Part shown: positions 58,600 to 64,000 of the stretch, piece by piece | How positions within the stretch are numbered: position 1 is the first letter of the stretch | How the letters are laid out: every line of letters begins with the position of its first letter | Source: an uncultured delta proteobacterium | GTDB taxonomy: Bacteria > Myxococcota_A > Polyangia > Polyangiales > Polyangiaceae | Direction: 5' to 3' | DNA length: 64,000 nucleotides | Assembly (NCBI GenBank): GCA_963782055.1 | Contig: CAWAIF010000003.1 | Location: 3,264,001 to 3,328,000 of the forward strand | The notes under the pieces: model-generated | What the model was told of the DNA's origin: nothing | Databases searched by the model: none | The model's input: the letters and a program-made list of their open reading frames with translations, nothing else | Translations under genes and position numbers: made by a program

Positions 58600-59117
58600 T
58601 GCTGGCACCCGACGTCTGGGTGCCGCTGGCCGCGGTCGCGCGCCCGCACGGGGTACGCGGCGAGGTGCGGCTGCGCCTGTACAACGAGGACAGCGACCTC
58701 CTGCTGGAACGCGAGGAGGTGCTGGTGCGCCTGCCCGACGGCGAGGCGCACGAGGTCTCGGTGGACTTCGCGCGGCGCGCCAACGACGCCATCCTGATGA
58801 AGCTGCACTCCGTCGACGATCGCGACCGCGCCGGCGAGCTGCGCGGCGCGGAGGTGTGCGTGCGTCGCCGCGACTTCCCCGCCCTGGAGGAGGGGGAGTT
58901 CTATGCGTGCGACGTGGAGGGGGCGACGGTCCGCGTGAAGGGCCGCGACGAGCCGATCGGCAAGGTCGTGCGCATGGTGGAGTACCCCACGATGGGGGCG
59001 CTGGTGGTGGACGCCGGCGGCAAGCAGCTGGACGTGCCGCTGGTGGACGCCTTCGTCGAGAGCGTGGACGTGGACGCCGGCGTGGTCACGCTGGTCACTC
59101 TGGAAGGCCTGGAGTGA
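58599..59117 (+). CDS. rimM: Ribosome maturation factor RimM
   Basis: [41 protein letters not shown]; canonical position in the operon. Confidence 0.93.
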   Translation: MLAPDVWVPLAAVARPHGVRGEVRLRLYNEDSDLLLEREEVLVRLPDGEAHEVSVDFARRANDAILMKLHSVDDRDRAGELRGAEVCVRRRDFPALEEGEFYACDVEGATVRVKGRDEPIGKVVRMVEYPTMGALVVDAGGKQLDVPLVDAFVESVDVDAGVVTLVTLEGLE

Positions 59118-59815
59118 CTGTGCGCGCGGAGGTCGTCACCCTCTTTCCGGAGCTCTTCGACGCCTTCCTGGTCACGAGCTTCGTCGGTCGCGCGGTGACG
59201 GGCGGCCAGCTGACGGTGCGGCGGCGCTCCCCGCGCGACTTCGGCCTGGGCAAGCACAAGAGCGTCGACGACACGCCCTACGGCGGCGGCTCGGGCATGG
59301 TGATGCGCGTCGACGTGCTGGCGGCGTGCATGGACTCGCTGGGCGACGAGACGCCGCCCGCGCACCGCGTGCTGCTCACGCCGCAGGGCAAGCCGCTGGA
59401 TCAGGCGAAGCTCATCGAGCTCGCCGGCCGGGAGGCGGTGATGCTGGTCTGCGGCCGCTACGAGGGCTTCGACGAGCGGGTGCGATCCCTGGTGCAGGAG
59501 GAGATCTCCCTCGGCGACTTCGTGATGACGGGCGGCGAGGTCGCGGCGATGGCCATCCTGGAGGGCATCGCGCGTCTGCTGCCGGGCGTGCTGGGCAACG
59601 AGGACTCGACGCGCGAGGAGTCGCACAGCCCGGGCAACGAGCACCTGCTGGAGTACCCGCACTACACGCGTCCGGCGGAGTTCCGCGGCGAGCGCGTGCC
59701 CGACGTGCTGCTCTCCGGCAACCACGCGGGGATCGCCGCGTGGCGGCGGGAGCAGGCGCGCCTGCGGACGGAGGCGCGCCGGCCGGACCTCGCCGCGCGG
59801 AAGAAGGGCTCGTGA
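59114..59815 (+). CDS. trmD: tRNA (guanine-N1)-methyltransferase
   Basis: [57 protein letters not shown]. Confidence 0.97.
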   Translation: MTVRAEVVTLFPELFDAFLVTSFVGRAVTGGQLTVRRRSPRDFGLGKHKSVDDTPYGGGSGMVMRVDVLAACMDSLGDETPPAHRVLLTPQGKPLDQAKLIELAGREAVMLVCGRYEGFDERVRSLVQEEISLGDFVMTGGEVAAMAILEGIARLLPGVLGNEDSTREESHSPGNEHLLEYPHYTRPAEFRGERVPDVLLSGNHAGIAAWRREQARLRTEARRPDLAARKKGS

Positions 59816-60372
59816 GGACGCTCTCCATCGCGCTGGTCCACCACCCGGTGCTGGACGGGCAGGGCGCGGTGGTCACGAGCGCCATCACCAACCTGGACAT
59901 CCACGACCTGGCGCGGAGCGCGCGCACCTTCGGCGTGGCGCGCTACTACCTGGTGCACCCCATCACCGCGCAGCGCGATCTGGTGGCGCGCATCTGCGAT
60001 CACTGGGAGCACGGGTCGAGCGGCAAGCGCATCCCCGCGCGCAAGGAGGCGCTGGCGCTCGCCGAGACGGTGCCCTCGCTGGAGGAGCTGTACGATCGCA
60101 TGGGCGGGCGCGAGGCGATCGAGGTGTGGAGCACCGCCGCCCGCTCGGCGCCCGGGGTGCTGCCTGCCGCGGGAGCCCGCGCGCGGCTGGAAGGCGAGGG
60201 CAAGCCGGTGCTGCTGCTCTTCGGGACTGCGTGGGGCCTGCCCGCGAGCGTGCTCGAGGGCGCGGACGCGCGGCTCGCGCCGGTGCTCGCCGAGAGGGAC
60301 GCGGGATACAACCACCTGAGCGTCCGCGCGGCGTGCGCCATCCTCCTGGACCGCCTGCTCGGGGAGCGCTGA
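59812..60372 (+). CDS. SPOUT-type SAM-dependent RNA methyltransferase (trmD-associated family)
   Basis: [50 protein letters not shown]. Confidence 0.88.
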   Translation: MRTLSIALVHHPVLDGQGAVVTSAITNLDIHDLARSARTFGVARYYLVHPITAQRDLVARICDHWEHGSSGKRIPARKEALALAETVPSLEELYDRMGGREAIEVWSTAARSAPGVLPAAGARARLEGEGKPVLLLFGTAWGLPASVLEGADARLAPVLAERDAGYNHLSVRAACAILLDRLLGER

Positions 60373-60720
60373 GGTCCGGCCGGAGGCCGGCCGACGGCCC
60401 GAAGGGCGCACGGACCTGAGGTCCGGCCGGAGGCCGGCCGACGGCCCGAAGGGCGCATGACCTGAGGTCCGGCCGGAGGCCGGCCGACGGCCCGAAGGGC
60501 GCACGGACCTGAGGTCCGGCCGGAGGCCGGCCGACGGCCCGAAGGGCGCATGGACCTGAGGTCCGGCCGGAGGCCGGCCGACGGCCCGAAGGGCGCACGG
60601 ACCTGAGGTCCGGCTGGAGGCCGGCCGACGGCCCGAAGGGCGCACGGACCTGAGGTCCGGCCGGAGGCCGGCCGACGGCCCGAAGGGCGCACGGACCCCA
60701 GGTCCGGCCAGAGGCCGGCC
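60369..60720. repeat. Tandem array of a 47-bp palindromic (REP-like) unit, 7 full copies plus 1 partial
   Basis: Unit CTGAGGTCCGGCCGGAGGCCGGCCGACGGCCCGAAGGGCGCACGGAC starts at 60369, 60416 (46 bp), 60462, 60509, 60556, 60603 and 60650, with a partial copy at 60697. No spacers. Confidence 0.95.
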
Positions 60721-60723
60721 GCG

Positions 60724-61671
60724 TCAGAGATCCTGGGCGTCGAGGAGGGTGGCGCCGACCACGCGCACGGGGTGGGCGCCAATGTCGCTCACGTCGAAGC
60801 CGCCGCCGACGTAGCCGCCGTGCTCGTCGGCGCCAACCTTCGGCGTGACCGCGTGGCTGGCGCCGCTCGGCAGGGCGATCTTCACCCGCACCTGCACGCG
60901 CATCGCGAGGCCGTGGGAGCCGGGCGGGAGGTGCAGCGGCTTCTTGCGCAGCGCGCGCTCGCTCTGCCGGCCAATGTCCTCCCAGCTGCCGAAGTCGCTG
61001 GAGGACTGCTCCAGCGTGAGCGACAGCACTTTGCCCGAGGCGTCGACCCTCACCGAGAAGACGGCGTTGCCCTCCGAAGGGCCGGGGCTCAGGCGGGTGG
61101 CGTCCTCCAGCGCGGCGACCACCGGCCCCTGTCCGAGCGCTCCCACCGCGCGGTCGTGAGCGCGCAGCGGGTCCTGGATGGCGTGGCGGATGCGCTCCTG
61201 CAGCTGCGCGAGGGTGCCGGCGTCGAGGCCAGCCGCCGCCGTCTGCATGCTGAAGGAGCCAGGGCCCGTCAGCCCGATGACGCCCTGGTCGGGGACGAAG
61301 AGGCTCGCGGGCGGGCCCGAGGAGGCGGAGGCGGACGGGGCGGGCAGGCCCTCCATATTCATCGAGCCGCTGCTGTGGTCCGGGGAGGATCGGGCTTGGC
61401 TCGTGGAGGCCATCGCCAGCAGGCCGGCCGTGGGTGGCCCGTCCGCCATCATCCCCGTCGGCGTCCGATCGTCAGCGTGCTTGCGCTCCGGGGCGGCGGG
61501 CCGTGCGGCGCGAGCGGCAGGCCCATCGTCCAGGGTGATCTCGATGGCGGGCGGGGGAGGGGCCTCCGGCACGGGCTCCGGCTTCGCGTGATGGAGGACC
61601 ACCAGCGCGGCCAGCACCGCATGCGCCACGCCCGTCCCGACCCACGATGCGATCTCCCCGCGGCTGGCCAC
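60724..61671 (-). CDS. TonB/TolA-like membrane-anchored protein
   Basis: N-terminal TM with His (GVAHAVL), Pro-rich linker, TonB-C-like AVFSVRVDASGKVLSLTL. Confidence 0.65.
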   Translation of the reverse strand: MASRGEIASWVGTGVAHAVLAALVVLHHAKPEPVPEAPPPPAIEITLDDGPAARAARPAAPERKHADDRTPTGMMADGPPTAGLLAMASTSQARSSPDHSSGSMNMEGLPAPSASASSGPPASLFVPDQGVIGLTGPGSFSMQTAAAGLDAGTLAQLQERIRHAIQDPLRAHDRAVGALGQGPVVAALEDATRLSPGPSEGNAVFSVRVDASGKVLSLTLEQSSSDFGSWEDIGRQSERALRKKPLHLPPGSHGLAMRVQVRVKIALPSGASHAVTPKVGADEHGGYVGGGFDVSDIGAHPVRVVGATLLDAQDL

Positions 61672-61701
61672 GCGCGAGTCATAGCGCGTCCGCGCCCCGG
61701 T

Positions 61702-62382
61702 TCATTCCCTTTCGAGACAGGTCGCGTCGTTCTCGAACAGGGGCGGCTCCACCACCAGCCCCCCCGGCCTGGCGGCGCGCGCCTCGATGAGGCCGACGCG
61801 CGCCGGGCGGCCGGCCCCGCCGTGGACCATGCGCAGGCGCTTGGGCTCCAGCCCGGCCTCCCGCAGCGTGAGCAGGGCCCGCGCCAGATCACGCGCCGGA
61901 TAGACGAAGCAGGCGCGACCGCGCCTGCCGAGCAGGGTGCGCGCCGCGCGCACGAAGCGCACGAAGGGGCCGACGCGCGCGGTGGCGGCCGTCCGCGGCG
62001 CCCGCGCCGTGCCGGGCTCGAAGTAGGGTGGGTTGCAGACCACCAGCGCCGCCTCTCCGCGACGCGCCAAGGCCACGCGGAGCACGTCCCCGCGCACGAC
62101 CTCCGCGCGGGCGCCCAGGCCGTTCTCCTCCGCGTTGCGGCGGGCGAGCACGACGCTCGTCGGGTCGACCTCGACGAAGACGACGCGTCGCGGGCGGCTG
62201 CGCGCGCACACGGCGAGCCCGACCGCGCCCACACCGGCGCCCAGGTCGAAGACCACGCCGCGCGCGTCGCCGGCGAAGGCGGCGAGCAGCAAGGCGTCGG
62301 CGTTGACGCGATAACCCTCCCCGCGCGCGGGCTGCTCGAGCCAGATTTGCCCGCCGAGCAGCGCGTCGCGCGTGGTGGTCAC
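61702..62382 (-). CDS. tRNA1(Val) A37 N6-methyltransferase-like (TrmN6/YfiC family)
   Basis: QP..GYRVNADALLLAAF, DLGAGVG, VVCNPPYF, LEPKRLRMVH. Confidence 0.87.
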   Translation of the reverse strand: MTTTRDALLGGQIWLEQPARGEGYRVNADALLLAAFAGDARGVVFDLGAGVGAVGLAVCARSRPRRVVFVEVDPTSVVLARRNAEENGLGARAEVVRGDVLRVALARRGEAALVVCNPPYFEPGTARAPRTAATARVGPFVRFVRAARTLLGRRGRACFVYPARDLARALLTLREAGLEPKRLRMVHGGAGRPARVGLIEARAARPGGLVVEPPLFENDATCLERE

Positions 62383-63536
62383 TGCTGCCAGGGACGGCGT
62401 CCGCGGATGGATAGGGCGGTGACCGCGCCGGGGTAGACCTGCACGATGTACGTGCCGACCAGCACCTTCTGGCCCTGGTAGAGGCCCACCGCGCTGACGC
62501 GGATGGGGGTGCCCGTCGGGTAGTTGAGGCCGCCGAACAGGCCGAGCTTGCTGGTGCCCAGGCCCGGCGCGGTGCGGGTCTTGTCGGGCAGCGGGTCGGA
62601 TTCGTTCTCGCCGAAGTAGAAGATGTCGCCCTCCGGCCGGTAGTCGGTGTTGACGGTGGCGCCGGAGAGGCGCACGTCGCCGCAGTCGTGGATCTCGCCG
62701 GCGATGACGCCTTCGTTCGGCTTGACGGTGAAGCCGCCGGCGGCGGACGCCACGGTGTTCACGTCGGTCGCCGCGACGGCGTTGGCGTCGTACTCGACGT
62801 ACGGCACGCCCGCGTCGGCGTCGTTCTGCACCTTGGAGTTGGCGAAGTAGACGTTGTAGTCGTAGAGCTCGCTCCACTTCTGCGACGCGTTCGCGTCGGA
62901 GGTCTTGACGATGAGGGGCGTCTCCGTCGGCACGCCGTCGTACTTGAAGTGGCGCAGCGTGCAGCCGTCCTGCGGGCACTTGGTCGACCAGGTGGGCTTG
63001 GGGTCCATGTACGGGTCGGTGTCCATGGTGACGACCGGGGTGCCCACCAGCGCGCCGAGCGCGCCGTTGGCGCCCTCCTTGAAGATCTCGATCTTCACAC
63101 CCGAGGAGTCGTCCCCTGTGGAGAAGAGCTTCACGTAGCCCTCGATGGAGACGTCCTGCGGCGTGCCGAGGGTGCCGGGGTTGTCCAGGCAGCCAAGGTC
63201 CACGTCCGTCTGGCCGGCGGGCGCGGAGAAGTAGTGCAGGCCGGTCGCGCGCGCGAGCTCCGTCTTGGGCTCCTGGACGTAGTCGCAGCAGGCGTTGATG
63301 GGCTTGCTGTCAGTGCACTGCAGCGGCGGGGTCACGTTGGGGAACTGGCACGGCGTGCAGGCCGCGTAGCCGTTCTTGGTGAGCGTCGGGTTTGCGGTCT
63401 CCGACGCGCAGGTGGCGCTGCCGCCGTCGCCTCCGCCGGCATCGGGCCCGACGGTGTTGTTGTGACTGGAGCAGGCAAGGAGAGTCAGCGCCGGCACGAG
63501 GGCGCGGCGGCAAAAGCGAAAGAGTGTCATCATCAT
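62379..63536 (-). CDS. Cys-rich myxobacterial lipoprotein
   Basis: Lipobox LLACS, PDAGGGDGG linker, beta-rich body. Exact Met start uncertain. Confidence 0.78.
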   Translation of the reverse strand: MMMTLFRFCRRALVPALTLLACSSHNNTVGPDAGGGDGGSATCASETANPTLTKNGYAACTPCQFPNVTPPLQCTDSKPINACCDYVQEPKTELARATGLHYFSAPAGQTDVDLGCLDNPGTLGTPQDVSIEGYVKLFSTGDDSSGVKIEIFKEGANGALGALVGTPVVTMDTDPYMDPKPTWSTKCPQDGCTLRHFKYDGVPTETPLIVKTSDANASQKWSELYDYNVYFANSKVQNDADAGVPYVEYDANAVAATDVNTVASAAGGFTVKPNEGVIAGEIHDCGDVRLSGATVNTDYRPEGDIFYFGENESDPLPDKTRTAPGLGTSKLGLFGGLNYPTGTPIRVSAVGLYQGQKVLVGTYIVQVYPGAVTALSIRGRRPWQQ

Positions 63537-63610
63537 CCCCGAACGGAACGTGGTCGCCCCACGCAGGCGGCCGGAGCCCGAGAGCCCAGGCGCAGCAGAA
63601 CATAGCGGAA

Positions 63611-64000
63611 ATGGCCTCTTTCGTCAGCCCGGCCGGGTCTTTTCGTCGTCTCGCCCTCGCGGTTCGTGCCCGCGCCGAGGCGCTTGGCTTCGACGCGGTG
63701 GGGATCGCCGCGGCGACCCCGCCGCTGCAGCAGGATCACGAGCGCTACCGCGCGTTCCTCGAGGAGGGGATGCACGGGGAGATGGAGTACCTGGCGGCGT
63801 CACCGGAGGTGCGTGCGCGGGTGGACACCTCGGACATCCTGGAGGGTGCGCGGAGCGTGGTGTGTCTGGCGCGCCGCTACCAGCGTCCGGTGGGGGAGGA
63901 GGCGCAGGACCCGCCCTTCGCCAGGCGCATCGCCCGCTACGCGCGCGGCCGCGACTACCACAACGGGCTGCGCAAGAAGCTCCGCCAGCTCGCGCGGTTC
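63611..64000 (+). CDS. queG: Epoxyqueuosine reductase (3' end outside window; absent from the ORF track)
   Basis: Read directly from the sequence: LGFDAVGIA...GMHGEMEYL...GARSVVCLARRY...IARYARGRDYH. Confidence 0.9.
   Translation, partial: MASFVSPAGSFRRLALAVRARAEALGFDAVGIAAATPPLQQDHERYRAFLEEGMHGEMEYLAASPEVRARVDTSDILEGARSVVCLARRYQRPVGEEAQDPPFARRIARYARGRDYHNGLRKKLRQLARF

Noticed and set aside
60369..60415. Hammerhead ribozyme or SRP RNA (CTGA…GAA; AGGTCCGG)
   Set aside because: Lacks the CUGAnGA/GAAA core and the SRP GGAAGGAAGCAGC motif.
60369..60720. CRISPR array
   Set aside because: Units abut with no unique spacers, and there are no cas genes in the window.
59662..60782. Repetitive minus-strand ORFs across the array ([15 protein letters not shown]…)
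   Set aside because: By-products of a 47-bp period that is not a multiple of 3; they overlap real genes on the other strand.

Overview
Very GC-rich chromosomal segment that looks myxobacterial (Myxococcota, probably Polyangia/Sorangiineae-like). That placement is inferred from a giant TPR protein, Cys-rich 'DAG'-linker lipoproteins, a eukaryote-like Ser/Thr kinase and an Hsp70 paralog. About 53 plausible CDS are present, mostly housekeeping: dnaX-ybaB-recR, etfBA, nadB, 2-oxoacid dehydrogenase E1a/E1b/E2, mutY, dusB, rpsP-khpA-rimM-trmD and a partial queG, interleaved with myxobacterial hypothetical genes. I saw no tRNA, rRNA, CRISPR array, transposase or integrase. The most notable observations are: (1) a TPR protein ending in an apparent TFIIB/TFB cyclin repeat, at the end of a gene string with a J-domain/TPR protein, a DnaK paralog and a protein sharing a winged-helix-like domain with the J protein; (2) a 47-bp hairpin-rich tandem array (7 full units plus 1 partial) with a solo copy about 9 kb away showing compensatory base changes; (3) a GGDEF domain fused to prenyltransferase/terpene-cyclase-like QW repeats; (4) a kinase that appears to need a CTG start; (5) repeated signs of leaderless transcription; (6) apparent 1-bp frameshifts in khpA and a lipoprotein gene, which may be assembly errors. 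All calls come from reading motifs by eye; no database searches were run.
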